Positions 27,670-39,200 are shown, numbered from the stretch's first letter. The stretch: 64,000 bases of DNA from an uncultured Chloroflexia bacterium (GCA_963799675.1 CAWCXQ010000007.1:118077-182076); one strand, 5' to 3'. Translations and numbers: made by a program. Notes: a model not told the origin generated them from the sequence alone.

Positions 27670-28960
27670 ATGAGCCAGACGGCGCCGCAGTTCGCCCCTC
27701 CGCCCGAGCCCGTTCCGTTCATCCCCGACCCGGCGGCGGAGCTGCCCGACGGCGCGGAGGTGGTCGTGGTGGGTGGCGGCATGGTCGGCGCCTCCATTGC
27801 GTATCGCCTCGCGCTCGCCGGTATGCAGCCGCTCGTCGTGGAAGCGAACACGCCCGCGTGGGGAGCCTCCGGCCGCAATGCCGGGATGGCACTCGCCGGG
27901 CTCGGCGGCCACTTTCCTCGCGTGGACGCGCTGATCGCGGCCGCGGGCGGGCCGTCCATCGTCGAGTACACCTCCCGCTCGCTCGATCTCCTCGAAGAGC
28001 TCGACGCGACCCTCCCGGGTGGGATCGAATGGGACCGATCCGGCTCGATCGACCTCTTCACCACGGAGCTTGAGGAGCGGCGCGGCCGCTCGCTCGCCGT
28101 GCACCAGGCCGCGGGAGGCCTTGACGTGCGGATTGTCGACGAGGCGGAGCTAAGGGAGCTGGCACCAGCGCTCGACCTCGGACAGGCGCGATCGGCCAAG
28201 TGGACCGCGCGGGATCGGGAAGCTCAACCCCTTCCGCCTCGTCTATCGCCTCCTGGAGGCGGCGGCCGGCAACGGCGCGCGGATCGTCACCGGGGTGCGC
28301 GTCGAGGAGCTGCTGCTGCGATCAGGACGCACCGCGGGGGTCCGCACCTCACACGGAACGGTGAGCTCAGGCGCGGTCGTGCTGGCGACGAATGCCTGGA
28401 CACCTGCGCTGGTGCCCTCGGTCGCCGCCAATCTAACGCCCATCCGCGAGCATGTGATGGTCACGGAGCCGCTGCCGCCCCTGCTCGGCCCCGGCTTCGA
28501 GACGAACCAGTGCAACGAGTACTGGCGACAGATGCGAACCGGCGAGGTGCTGGTGGGCGGCTACGCCATCGCGGATGCCGGAATGGGCATCGGCTGCTAC
28601 CAGATGGACGTCTCGCCGCGCGTTCCACCCCTCCTCGCAGCGCTGCTCGGCCGGCTTCATCCCGGGCTGGCCGATGTTCGCGTGATTCGCGCCTGGACCG
28701 GGCTGCTCGACTTCGCGTCGCAGGAGATCCCGATGGCGGGGCGCCTGCCGGCCGCCGACGGGACCGCGCTTCCGGGCGCCTATCTCGTGTGCGGGCTCAC
28801 CGGCCACGGGCATCCGTATGCACCGATTCTCGGCCTGCTCCTCTCCGAGCTGATCGTCTCCGGTGAGGCACTGACCTTGCCGCTGACGCCGTTCGATCCG
28901 ATCCGGTACATCGGCGCCGCACACGACCCAACCTGGTTGGGCCCGTTCCGCGGCGACTGA
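27670..28960 (+). CDS. FAD-dependent glycine/D-amino-acid oxidase family protein (frameshift near 28215)
   Basis: VVVGGGMVG, GASGRNAG, LATNAW, YWRQ, AWTG, GLTGHG. Confidence 0.88.
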
Positions 28961-28975
28961 GGCGCAGCGCTCGAG

Positions 28976-29776
28976 TCAGCTGAAGACGAGGCGGAAGGCC
29001 CCGCTCGCAACCGCGGTGCCGACCGCGGCTCCCCCCAGGAGCGCGGCTGCCGCGAGAAGGATCCCGTCCGCGAGGCGGAGGCGCTGAGGGCGAGCAATGC
29101 CGCGACACGGACGGCTGCCCAGCCCCCGCGCCTCCATGGCGAGCGCCAGCCGGGTCCCGCGCCTGATCGACGAGACCAGGAGCCCGAGGAGCTCGCCGAA
29201 GAAGAGGCCGATCGCCGCGGCCGGAGAGCGGCCGGCATCGACCCCCCGGGCGCGACGCGCGAGGCGAATGATCTGCCACTCGTCCGTGAGGATCGGGAGA
29301 AGCCGGAGCGCGGCCATGACCCCAACCGCGAAGCGCGGGGACACGCGCAGCTGCTGGACGAGGCCGTCGGCGAGGTCGGTTGGCTCCGTCGTTGCGAGGG
29401 CGACCACGCCGACCGCGGCGATGGTGAGCAGGCGCAGGCCGAGCGCGAGCCCGGCGACAAGGTTCGCGGCACCCACCGCCAGGGGACCGATGCGGACCAG
29501 CCCTCCGGCCTGCTCCGGGGCGAACAGCGCGTTGAGGATCCCAACCGAGATCGCAGCCAGGAGCAGCGGCCACGTCCGCGCGATGAGAGCCCGGGGTGCG
29601 AGCCCGGTGAGCGGCAGCGTGGCGACGAGCCCGACGAGCACGACCGACGGTGTGACGAGGTCCCGCGAGATGAACAGGACCGCCATCAACAGGAGAGCCG
29701 CAGCGACTTTCGCCAGCGGATTCGCCCGCGCCAGCAGCGCGCGCGGATCGGGGACCAGGGGGGTAAAGAGCCTCAC
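28976..29776 (-). CDS. ykoC: ECF transporter T component
   Basis: NPLAK, ALRLLP, ARRARG, AMEARG. Confidence 0.88.
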   Translation of the reverse strand: MRLFTPLVPDPRALLARANPLAKVAAALLLMAVLFISRDLVTPSVVLVGLVATLPLTGLAPRALIARTWPLLLAAISVGILNALFAPEQAGGLVRIGPLAVGAANLVAGLALGLRLLTIAAVGVVALATTEPTDLADGLVQQLRVSPRFAVGVMAALRLLPILTDEWQIIRLARRARGVDAGRSPAAAIGLFFGELLGLLVSSIRRGTRLALAMEARGLGSRPCRGIARPQRLRLADGILLAAAALLGGAAVGTAVASGAFRLVFS

Positions 29777-31227
29777 GCCGCCGCCAGGCGAAGCGTGCGG
29801 TCGGCGAGCGCATGGGCAAAGTCGCGGTCGTGCGTGACGAAGCAGATCGCCCGCCCGTCATCGCGCAGTGACGCGAGCAGGTCGAGGAGCTCGAGCCACG
29901 TCCGCCGGTCCTGTCCGAACGTCGGCTCGTCGAGCACAAGCACGCGGGGGGCGGTCGTCAGCGCCGTCGCCACCGAGAGGCGCCGCTTCTCCCCGCCCGA
30001 GAGCGTGAAGGGGTTGGCCGCGGCCAGTCGCGTCAGTCGCAATCTCGCCAGCAGCTCGTCGGCCCGACGACGCGCCGCGCCCGGCTCGATGCCGGCAAGG
30101 CGTGGTCCGAGCAGCAGCTCGTCGATGACCCGGCGGGTCAGGAACTGGTGCTCAGGATCCTGGAACACGGTCCCGATGCGCGTGACCAGCTCGCGCGCCG
30201 GCCAACGGGCAATGGGATCGTGAGCCCGGCCGTGGGCCAGCGCCTCCCCCGCGAGGACCGTTCCGGAGCTCGGCGCCAGCAGGCCGGCCAGCAGCAGGGC
30301 GAGGGTCGACTTGCCGGCGCCGTTGGGGCCCACCAGCGCGAGAGCTTCTGAAGAGCGGACGCGGAGGTCGACCCCGCTCAGCGCCGGGCCGCTCGCGCCT
30401 GGGTACGTGAATCCGACCCCGTCGGCGAGGATCATGATCTCCGGGTCGGGGCGTGTCACGACCGCCCGCCCGGGGAGGGTCAGGTCCGGAACCCAGACTC
30501 CCGCAGCGGCGAGCCGGTCGCCCAGACGAGCGAACAGCTCGCGTGGCGGGCCCTCTGCGCTGATACCGCCCCCCGGCTCGAGGACCACCACGCGGTCGAT
30601 GAGCGGCAGCCACTCCGCGACGCGGTGTTCCACCAGCACGAGGGAGATCTCCCGGTTCTCAAGCAGCCCGCCAACCACCCGGCGGATGGCTGCCGCTCCG
30701 CCCGGGTCGAGGTTCGCGGTCGGTTCGTCAAGCATAAGCAGTGCTGGATGGAGCGCCAGCACGCCGGCAAGCGCGAGCCGCTGCTGTTCGCCGCCCGAGA
30801 GCGCGTTCGTCGACTGGCCTCGGCCGTGGCGGAACACGACGGCGTCGAGCGCGGCATCGACCCGGCGCCAGATCTCGTCCGTCGACACGCATCGGTTCTC
30901 GAGACCGAAGGCCACGTCGTCACCGGCGCGCCCCATCACCAGCTGCGCCTCGGGGTCCTGGAACAGGATCCCGGTCGAGTCCCGTGCGGCAACAGGGGTC
31001 TTCCCGGCCACGCGGAGGCTTCCTTCCTGCTCGCCCCCTCCGGACGCGTCGAGCAGACCCGCGACGCCGAGCAGGAGCGTCGACTTGCCGGCGCCCGACG
31101 GACCCAGGAGGAGGACCCGCTCGCCGGCCTCGATCCGCAGATCGAGCCCCCGGACCGCCCAGTCCCGGCGCCCTGCGTGCCGCCATCCCCAGCCGCGCGC
31201 CTCGACGGCTGCCGGCGCAGGACTCAT
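29773..31227 (-). CDS. ykoD: ECF transporter fused double ATPase
   Basis: Two NBDs: GPSGAGKS/LSGGEQQR/DEPT and GPNGAGKS/LSGGEKRR/DEPTFGQD. Confidence 0.9.
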   Translation of the reverse strand: MSPAPAAVEARGWGWRHAGRRDWAVRGLDLRIEAGERVLLLGPSGAGKSTLLLGVAGLLDASGGGEQEGSLRVAGKTPVAARDSTGILFQDPEAQLVMGRAGDDVAFGLENRCVSTDEIWRRVDAALDAVVFRHGRGQSTNALSGGEQQRLALAGVLALHPALLMLDEPTANLDPGGAAAIRRVVGGLLENREISLVLVEHRVAEWLPLIDRVVVLEPGGGISAEGPPRELFARLGDRLAAAGVWVPDLTLPGRAVVTRPDPEIMILADGVGFTYPGASGPALSGVDLRVRSSEALALVGPNGAGKSTLALLLAGLLAPSSGTVLAGEALAHGRAHDPIARWPARELVTRIGTVFQDPEHQFLTRRVIDELLLGPRLAGIEPGAARRRADELLARLRLTRLAAANPFTLSGGEKRRLSVATALTTAPRVLVLDEPTFGQDRRTWLELLDLLASLRDDGRAICFVTHDRDFAHALADRTLRLAAA

Positions 31228-31255
31228 GCGTTCCGCCTGTGCGTGCCCGCTCGAC

Positions 31256-31882
31256 TCAGACTTCGCGCTGATCGCGGCCGGAGGCGAAGCCACTCAGCAC
31301 TCCGGTCTCGACCAACGATCGCACGAGGCCCCACGAACCGAGCCCACCGACCAGGGCGGAGCTCGGAATCACGAGCGCCGAGTACGCCAGCTGCCAGGCC
31401 GGCGCCCAGTCGGGGTAGTAGAGGATCAGGTCGAGAAGGCTGGCCGCGGCCCCGGCAGACGCGGCGGCGAGGATCGCCGCGACCAGGCCCCATCGGCGGT
31501 ATAGGCCGAAGGCGAAGATCAGCTCGGCAGCCGCGCCCTGCAACAGCCCGTAGACGATGGTCACCAGTCCCCACTGAGCGCCGAACAGGGCGGACGCGGC
31601 CGCCGCCACCGCCTCCCCAAGGAGCGCCGCGCCGGGTCGTCGGATGACGAGCGGCACGAGGACACCCGGAATCATCCAGACCCCGTACATGGCGCCCTGC
31701 AGGGGAGGAAAGAAGAGGAACGCGGGACGCGCCCCTTCCCAGGCGAGGTTCCAGACCTGGAAGACCGCCCCGAACGCGACCGCGATGACGGCGGCGACCA
31801 CGATGTCGACCGTCCGCCAGCGACCTGCCGGGAGTTCGGTTGCTGCTGCGCCGCGGCGCGGGGCTTCTGTGGAGATGCTCAT
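31256..31882 (-). CDS. ykoE: Thiamine/HMP ECF S component
   Basis: WRTVDIVV, IRRPGAA, GLLQG, TGVL; downstream of a TPP riboswitch. Confidence 0.88.
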   Translation of the reverse strand: MSISTEAPRRGAAATELPAGRWRTVDIVVAAVIAVAFGAVFQVWNLAWEGARPAFLFFPPLQGAMYGVWMIPGVLVPLVIRRPGAALLGEAVAAAASALFGAQWGLVTIVYGLLQGAAAELIFAFGLYRRWGLVAAILAAASAGAAASLLDLILYYPDWAPAWQLAYSALVIPSSALVGGLGSWGLVRSLVETGVLSGFASGRDQREV

Positions 31883-31883
31883 C

Positions 31884-32525
31884 TCAGTCCTCTCTGCTGA
31901 CTTCAACGACGAGGAGCGTCCCCGCCTCCAGCCGCACCGATGCCGGCGCGGCGGTGATGACGTTGCTGAGGCCGCGCGACTCGCCGACGTGGAGCGTCTC
32001 GTTGGTCAGCGGGTATGCGAGGCCATCGGTCGAGACACCATGGGTATCGCCAATCGCCAACAGGGTGACTATGTCGCCCGCCACCCCGTCCAGGCTCAGG
32101 CGACGGCCGCCAGTCACTGCCCGCACGGTGGTGCCGTCGCGCACCACCCGTACGTCGACAGATCGCCACGCGGGATCGGCGAGCATGAAGAGATTCGTCA
32201 GCTCGTGGTCGATCCGATCCCCTGCGAGGGCTCCCAGGACGATCACCTGGTCCGCGCCGCCCGCCACCGCGCAAGCAACGGCAAGGTGGGCGTCGGAGTA
32301 GTCCTTTGCAACCGGGTGCCGCTCGACCCGCACCCCTGCCGCCACGAGCGCCTCGAGGTGGTCGGCCTGTATCGAGTCGAGGTCCCCGACGACGACGTGG
32401 GGCCGGACGCGCTGGAGCTCGAGCCAGCCCGCGCCGCCATCTGCGGCGACGATCAGATCCACATCGGCAAGGTGCCGCGCGTCATCTGCGCTCGGCTCCC
32501 CGTCAGCCACGACCACGGCTCGCAC
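31884..32525 (-). CDS. thiN: Thiamine pyrophosphokinase
   Basis: AADGGA, GDLDS, KDYSD, GDRIDH, GLAYPL, GLSN. Confidence 0.92.
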   Translation of the reverse strand: MRAVVVADGEPSADDARHLADVDLIVAADGGAGWLELQRVRPHVVVGDLDSIQADHLEALVAAGVRVERHPVAKDYSDAHLAVACAVAGGADQVIVLGALAGDRIDHELTNLFMLADPAWRSVDVRVVRDGTTVRAVTGGRRLSLDGVAGDIVTLLAIGDTHGVSTDGLAYPLTNETLHVGESRGLSNVITAAPASVRLEAGTLLVVEVSRED

Positions 32526-32571
32526 GACTCTTGCGCTCCTTCACAGGCGGGAGCGCGCCGCGGCGTTCAAA

Positions 32572-32658
32572 CCGACTCCCTGCGCTGGCATGACCCAGAT
32601 CAGGTTCGAGGGTCTGCGGTGGTGCCGCACTCTCAGCGCTCGCGCGCTCCCCTGTCGT
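32572..32658 (-). ncRNA. TPP riboswitch
   Basis: Minus strand reads GGGGAGC...GCTGAGAG...GACCCTCGAACCTGATCTGGGTCATGCCAGCGCAGGGA with CGAC/GTCG P1, directly upstream of thiN. Confidence 0.95.
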
Positions 32659-32738
32659 TCCTTGACTTGTCTCTGCAGATCAGCCTAGCACGACGCGCGG
32701 CAGGCTCCCCCGCGTCCCCGGCGGTGCGCGGCGGTCGG

Positions 32739-33200
32739 TCACGGATGCATGGGACCGAGCTCGAGCACCGCGGACTCGAGGTCGCCATGGATATCGATCT
32801 GCCACGCCCCGCCCGACCGATCCTCGAACCGGATCGAGGCCACCGTGTCGCCCGGCGCAAGCCCGGTGATCGAGTAGCCGGCCGCCGGAAGCGTGTCGCG
32901 ATAGAACCGATACGTGCCCGAGCCGGGCTCGACCTTCCACCTCGCAAGGGGGCTGCTGCCGACGGGGAGCGGCAGGCGCTTCGCATCGGGCGGCACGGGA
33001 AACGCGGCAAGCTCCGGGGCCAGGAGCAACGGGTCGCCAGGGCTGCCCGTCGCCCCAGTGGGACCCGGGTCGACGGAGGGCATCGGCGTGCCTCCGGGCA
33101 CCAGGGATGGCACCGCATGCGCCGTCGGCGTGGCGGGAGCCGCCGCGCAGGCCGCGAGCACGAGGCCCAGCAACAAGACGAGAGCTTGACGACCACGCAT
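32739..33200 (-). CDS. Hypothetical lipoprotein
   Basis: Lipobox LAAC, Pro/Thr linker, FPVPPDA...FYRDTLPAAGY; SD GAGGAGG. Confidence 0.75.
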   Translation of the reverse strand: MRGRQALVLLLGLVLAACAAAPATPTAHAVPSLVPGGTPMPSVDPGPTGATGSPGDPLLLAPELAAFPVPPDAKRLPLPVGSSPLARWKVEPGSGTYRFYRDTLPAAGYSITGLAPGDTVASIRFEDRSGGAWQIDIHGDLESAVLELGPMHP

Positions 33201-33230
33201 GTGGTGCCTCCTCGGGTTGCTCGCCGCGGC

Positions 33231-34238
33231 TCAGCGAGTGCCGACTCGCGGCGTGGGGGAGATGCCCCAGACAACGTTGATCGGGACCCAGAAGCTGCCG
33301 AGACGGGCGTGGTCGAACCAGAAGAGGCTGTTCGCGACGAGGTTGAACGTTTCGCCGTACGAGCCAGCTGGCGGGCCGCCATACAGGCCGAACGTGAATC
33401 GGCCCACCTGGCCCGGCGCCGTCGCGCCATCGACATTCGTGGCGTACCAGGTCGACCCCCAGTCCCAGGCACGGAAGGCACTGGCATGCGCCGCCGGGTT
33501 CCAGGTCCCCAGAAGAATCCGGCCACGGCCGATGTCGTTGCGCCATGTGCGGCCACCGTCATTCCGAAACTCGACCCAGTGGGCGATCGTCTGGCCGTGG
33601 ATGATTCTTTCGGCCCCCGCGTTGTTCTCCCGCCAGTAGCTGGCGAGGAACGGGACACGTGCGGGCCAGGTGGTCCAGCGACGCTCCCAGTTTGGATCGG
33701 CGGGGAACCACCCGCCGTGCTGCTGGGCGAGCAGCTCGAAATGCAGGTGCTCGCCGTTGCACATGCCGCTGCAGCCGGACTTCGCGATCACCTGTCCGGC
33801 TGTCACCTGGTCACCGACTCCGACCAGGACGCCGTTCTGGGCGAGGTGGTAGTAGAGGGTCCGCTTCCCGTCGGGGTGGCCGACGAGGACGAAGTTGCCG
33901 TTCGCTCCGAATTGCCACGTTCCGAACCCCTCGAAAAGGTCGATCACGACGCCGTCGCGAGCCGCCGCGACCGCTGAGAAGGCCGTCATCGGGAAGTCCA
34001 TGCCGGTGTGGTTGTCGTAGACGCGCCCCCAATGGGCGGCGCAGTCAACCCACACCTGCCCTGTCCAGTCGGCCTGGATGCAGGAGCGCAGATCGCGGTC
34101 CACGCCGTAGCTCAACCCGACGTTCGGGTCGTGGAACGGGAGGGTGTAGTCGTCCGCTGCGCGAGCCGTCCCGGTCAGCAGCAGGAGGAGGAAGAGCGCG
34201 CCCCCGGCGGGACGCAGCACGCTGATCACGATCCACAC
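33231..34238 (-). CDS. Secreted M23 metallopeptidase with C-terminal Ig-like domain
   Basis: Signal peptide; HTGMD, YYHL, HLHFE; C-terminal FRNDGGRTW...PGQVGRFTF. Confidence 0.85.
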   Translation of the reverse strand: MWIVISVLRPAGGALFLLLLLTGTARAADDYTLPFHDPNVGLSYGVDRDLRSCIQADWTGQVWVDCAAHWGRVYDNHTGMDFPMTAFSAVAAARDGVVIDLFEGFGTWQFGANGNFVLVGHPDGKRTLYYHLAQNGVLVGVGDQVTAGQVIAKSGCSGMCNGEHLHFELLAQQHGGWFPADPNWERRWTTWPARVPFLASYWRENNAGAERIIHGQTIAHWVEFRNDGGRTWRNDIGRGRILLGTWNPAAHASAFRAWDWGSTWYATNVDGATAPGQVGRFTFGLYGGPPAGSYGETFNLVANSLFWFDHARLGSFWVPINVVWGISPTPRVGTR

Positions 34239-35222
34239 CCCTCTCCACAGGCGATCCAGGTGCTGTTCGTTGTGTCAGTCCGGGCCAGGACTGAACCATC
34301 CAGGCCCAGCACCGAGGTGCCGCCGCCCTGGCGGACGAGGAGCTCGCGCCCGTCTGGCGAGAAGCGCGGTGCGCCTCCGGCGCCGAGCCGGTGCGCCTTC
34401 GCGGCGCCTGGCTCGAGCAGGAAGACGCCGTCACCCGCGACCTCGAACGCGACCCGCCCGTCCTCCGCGACGTCGGCCGCGATGGCGGCCGACCCGAGTC
34501 CGCAATCGGGCTGCTCACGCCATTCGGCGTCAGCCGGCTGACGCTGGTTGCGCGCCCCCATCCGGTGCGCCACGACCGCGAGGCTTCCGTCGCCGAGCGG
34601 ATGGGCAGAGAAGACGAGGCCATTGGCATCGAGCGAGGTGGCGGCTGCGCTGGCGGGGTCGAGTCGCACGAGCTGCGCGCTGAACGGCGCTTCGACGGAG
34701 CTGACGCGGCGGAGCAGCATCGTGCCGGACGCCTCCGGCGTGATGGGCCCATCGAACGGACCGGGGGCAATGATGGAACCTTCGGCCGTTGCCGACGCGA
34801 TTCGCCAGAGCGCGCCCGACGTATCGATCGCCAGCAGCGCCGACCCGTCGGCGATGAACTGGGCGGCCACCACCCCGGGCAGCTGGCGGACGGCGACCGC
34901 GCCATCCAGGCCCCTGGATGGCGACGCGAGCGGTCAGGCCGCCAATCCTGTCCGCAGTGGCGACGCGGGTGCCGTCCGCGCTGGCGGCCAACAGCTGCTG
35001 GCCGCCGGGCGACGGAAGCACGGCTTCCAGGAGCACCTGGCCGCGCACCTCCCGACGGGTGAGCGCGGCTCTGAGGCCGGCGCGTTCGGCTTCGTCGGGG
35101 ATCATGACGACGGCCGTCGCCGGTGGGTCTGCGGCGGTCGGGGCTGCCGATGGAACGGGAGAGGGCGGCGGCGGCCAGGCAGAATGGCACGAGCCGCCAG
35201 ACGATGCGATGGCGGCGCGCAT
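34226..35222 (-). CDS. Hypothetical secreted, possibly beta-propeller protein (frameshifted)
   Basis: Coding-like segments in ORFs 34530..35222 and 34226..34873; PRFSPDG TolB-like motif. Confidence 0.55.
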
Positions 35223-35408
35223 GCGGCGCGCCGCTCATGGCCGATGAAGCACGCACGAGGAGAGTCCTCCGGGCAGGGCTGATCGAAGCAGTCGTTCGTG
35301 TGCGCCGCGATCTGTTGGCTGCTGCGCCTCCTGGCGTGTCTCAGTGCTGCGAAGGACCCTAGCGACGAGCGCTTATCGCGGACTTATCGGTCGATATACT
35401 TCGGCGCC

Positions 35409-36153
35409 ATGCCCGCCGGCGCCTTCGCCGCTCTCTCGTGCTCGCCGGCACGCTCGCGGCCGGGGTCGGGCTGGGGCTGCTCGCCATGAGCGGTGCCCAG
35501 ATGGGGATCGGGCGGCGATTGGGCGCGGCGCGGGAGGTCCAGGTGGGCGACCTCGTCGACGCGGGTGAGCTGCCAAGGCGCCCGGTCCGCGTTGCCGGGC
35601 GGGTGCGCTGCGCAGATCCGCTCCACACCGCGGACGGCGAGCGGCTGGTCGAATTTCACCGCGACATCGAGATCAGGCTTCCACGCATGGGATGGCGGAT
35701 CATCGAGCGGCTGCGGGAGACCCGCTCCTTCGAGCTGTGGGACCACAATGGATCGCTCTCGGTCGATCCGGCGGAGGCTCGTGAGCCGTTGATCGTGATT
35801 CCACAGGTCTGGCTCGGCAGCCCGGACGAGCTGCAGGAACCCCATCGGTCCGCCGTCGACCGGCTCAGCGTTCGGGCCGGCGCGCCTCGTGAGGGACGCT
35901 CAACCACGCGGCAGGTAAGCGTCACGGATCGGCTCCTGGTCGTCGCACTAGCCGCTCGTGGCGACGACGGGCGTGTCCTCCTGCGTCCGCCGCCCGGCGG
36001 CTACCTGATCTCGGCGCTCGCAGCCGACGACGCCATGCGCCTGCTCGGCGGCCCCGCCGCGGCCTCCTGGGGCTCGCCGTGGCCGCGATCTCCCTTGGAG
36101 TGCTGCTCGTCTCCGCGGGCCTGCTGACCGGGATCCTCGCCCTCTTCGGCTGA
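35409..36153 (+). CDS. Membrane protein, GIDE/MUL1-like domain (ends frameshifted)
   Basis: TM, then VAGRVRCADPL...FELWDHNGSLSVDP, then YLIS and a second TM in a shifted frame. Confidence 0.5.
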
Positions 36154-36269
36154 GGCCGCGCCACTCCGGTCTCTGTCACGGACCCACCGGTACGAATGGG
36201 GCATCGTGCCGCGCGCTTGCCACATCTACGATCCGATACAGCACACCTACCAGAAGTTCCATTTCGGGT

Positions 36270-39200
36270 GTGAACCGACAGACGGGATTGCAAGCCTTGG
36301 CAAACGTGCCGCGCGACCGAGGTGGCGGGCCCAACGCGCTGATCAGCGTGGCGCAGGCCGCTGCCCGGCTCGGCGTTCATCCGAACACGATCAGGAGCTG
36401 GGCGGAGGCCGGGCGCCTGACCGCATACCGGATCAACGCGCGCGGTGACCGCCGTTTTCGGCCGGCGGACCTCGAGCGGCTGCTGGTGGAGGGCGGCGAG
36501 CCCACCCCGGCGCCGACGCTCGGCGAGGAGCGGGATCCCCGGCTCGCCCTGCTCGGAAAGCTGGCGCGCACCGCCGCGAGCTCGTCCAACGTCAGCGCGG
36601 TGTGTCGGGTTGCGGTCGAGTCTCTGCGCGCCGACTGCGGATTTGAGACAGCTGCCATCTACCTTGCGCAGTCGGAGATCCTGACCCTCGAGACACACGC
36701 GGGCTACCGAGTCCCACCGGAGCCGACCCTCGACCTCCCCGAGCAGATCGGCGACGAGGATCCGACCAGCCGAGTGCTGGCGGAGGGCAGGCGGGCCATC
36801 GTCCCGCTCCGCGGCGCCACCGGCGCGCTGGGCTGCCTGCTGGTCGAGAGCCACGACGAGATGGCCGTCGGCCAGGTTCCGTTCCTCGAGATCGTCGCCG
36901 CGACGTTGGGTGCTGCGGTGCGCAACGCCGCCATGCTGAAGGGAGCTCGCCGCGAGGTGACCCGCGGCCGCGCCCTGCGCAGCGTGACCCAGGAGCTGAC
37001 AGGGCAGCTCGACCTCGCGGTCGTGCTCGACGATGTCGTGACCCGGACCCGGAGCCTCTTCGAGGCGGACAAAGCCGGCCTTTGGCTGATCGATGATACG
37101 GAGCGCCCGTTCTCGATGGCGGCCCAGCGCGGCCTCTCCGAAGACTTCCTGGCGCATGTCAGCGACCTGACCTGGGAGAGCAACACGATCGGGGTGCAGG
37201 CACTCCGAGATCGGCGCCCGCTCGTGAACCGCAACGCCGGAACCGACGAGAAGGCCGGTCTGATGCGCGCCGTATATGCGCGCGAAGGGATCCGAACCGC
37301 CTGCCTCACTCCTCTCGTCGTGCACGAGGAGCCGCTCGGCCTGCTGGCGCTCTACAACCTTGACGATCGGCCGTGGCCCGACGAGGAGGTGGCCCTGGTG
37401 CAGGCTTTCGCCAGCCAGGCCGCAGTGGCGATCAGCAACGCTCGGCTGTATCGGTCCGTCGCGGACCAGGCCGTGCGGATGGGCTCGATCCAGGACCTCT
37501 CCGCCCGCCTCAACCGCCTTACCGATGTCCGCGCGATCGCGGAGGCGATCGTCTCCGAGGCGAGCATCCTGGCCGAATACAACGACATCCGGGTCTACGC
37601 CGTCGACTGGGAGACGGGCTGGTGCGAGCCGGTCGCCTTCACCAAGGACATGCTTGGCGAGGGTGGCGACTACGAGAAGCGGCTCCGGGTTCCGATCGGG
37701 GATGGCTCGTTCACCGGCTCGGTGGCGGCGAGCGGCGAGCCGCTGCTCATCAACGACGCGCTCAACGACGACCGTGGGAAGACGATCGAAGGCACCGACG
37801 ACATCGAGGAGTCAATGCTCCTGGTGCCGATGGTCTTCGAGGGTCGCTCCCTGGGGGTGATCGTCCTCTCGCAGCTTGGCTTCAACCGGTTCAAGCCCGA
37901 CGACGTGCAGACGATGACGATCTTCGCCGGCTACGCGGCGCAGGCGTTCGCGAACGCCACCGCATACGAGCGGCTGACCTCGCAGTCGGCCGAGCTGGCG
38001 CGCCAGCTCGATACCCAACGTCGCCTGCTCGACATCAACGAGCGACTCCTGTCGACGCTCGACCCGAGCGAGATCCTGGAGACGATCGCTGATGGGCTCA
38101 AGAGCGTGGTGGCGTATGACAACCTCGTGATCCACCAGTTCGATCGCGAAGCCGGCCTGCTGAAGCCGATCCTCGCCCGTGATCGCCACGCGGCGGAGGT
38201 GCTGCGTCACCAGATTCCGCTTGGCAAGGGCCTGACCAGCTGGGCCGTCGAGCATCACGAGGCCCTGCTCGTCAACGACGCTCTCGGCGACCCGCGCGGG
38301 ATCCAGATCCCGGGGACGCCGCCTGATCCCGAGGCGCTGATCATCGTGCCGCTGATCGCGGACGGCGAGGTGATCGGGGCGATGAACATCGGCCGCATCG
38401 GTCACGAGGAGATCTACTTCTCGGAGGCCGATTTTGAGCTTGCCAAGCTGTTCGCCGGCCAGGCCTCGATCGCGCTGCGCAATGCCGACGAGCATCACGC
38501 CGTCAGCCTGCGCGCCAACACCGATGCCCTCTCCGGGCTCGGCAATCACGGGGCGTTCCAGCGCGACCTGTCGGAGCTCCTTGGCGCGGCCGAGGCCGCG
38601 AGCGAGGAGCGCGGTCGGCGCGTCGCGATGCTGATGATGGATCTCGATCAGTTCAAGAGCTTCAACGACTCGCACGGCCATCCCGCCGGGGATGCCCTCA
38701 TCCACGCGGCGGCGATGGCGATCTATGGGGCCGCCCGCAGCGAAGACAAGGTCTACCGCTATGGCGGCGACGAGTTCGCGATCATCCTGCCCGGCTCGAG
38801 CGGCGCTGATGCCGCCCGCGTCGGAGAGCGCGTCCGGCGTGCCGTCGCCGGGCTTACCGCGGGACAGCGCTCACCGGTCACCATCACGATCGGGGTCGCC
38901 GCCTTCCCCGACGACGCGCGCGATCGCAACGAGCTGGTCGCGGCGGCCGATGCCGCCCTCTACGCGGGCAAGCAGGCCGGCGAGGACCGCGTGGTGCAGG
39001 CGAGCCAGGTGCCCAGCGAGATGCGAGGTCTGCGCGGCACCCTCGACCAGCTTGCCCGAGCGGCCCTGATGCGCGGCGAGGAGCCGGCCTCGGTCGAGCG
39101 CATCGTGGAGCATGCCGCGCTGCTGACGCAGGAGCCCGATGCGCGCGAGGCGACGGTCCTTGACGCCCTCCTCTCGGTCGCCCGGTCGCTCGACGCCCGC

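Noticed and set aside
36206-36223. Minus-strand TGGCAAGCGCGCGGCA sigma54-like match
   Set aside because: Lacks the TTGC element and points antisense into a gene; illustrates the background rate
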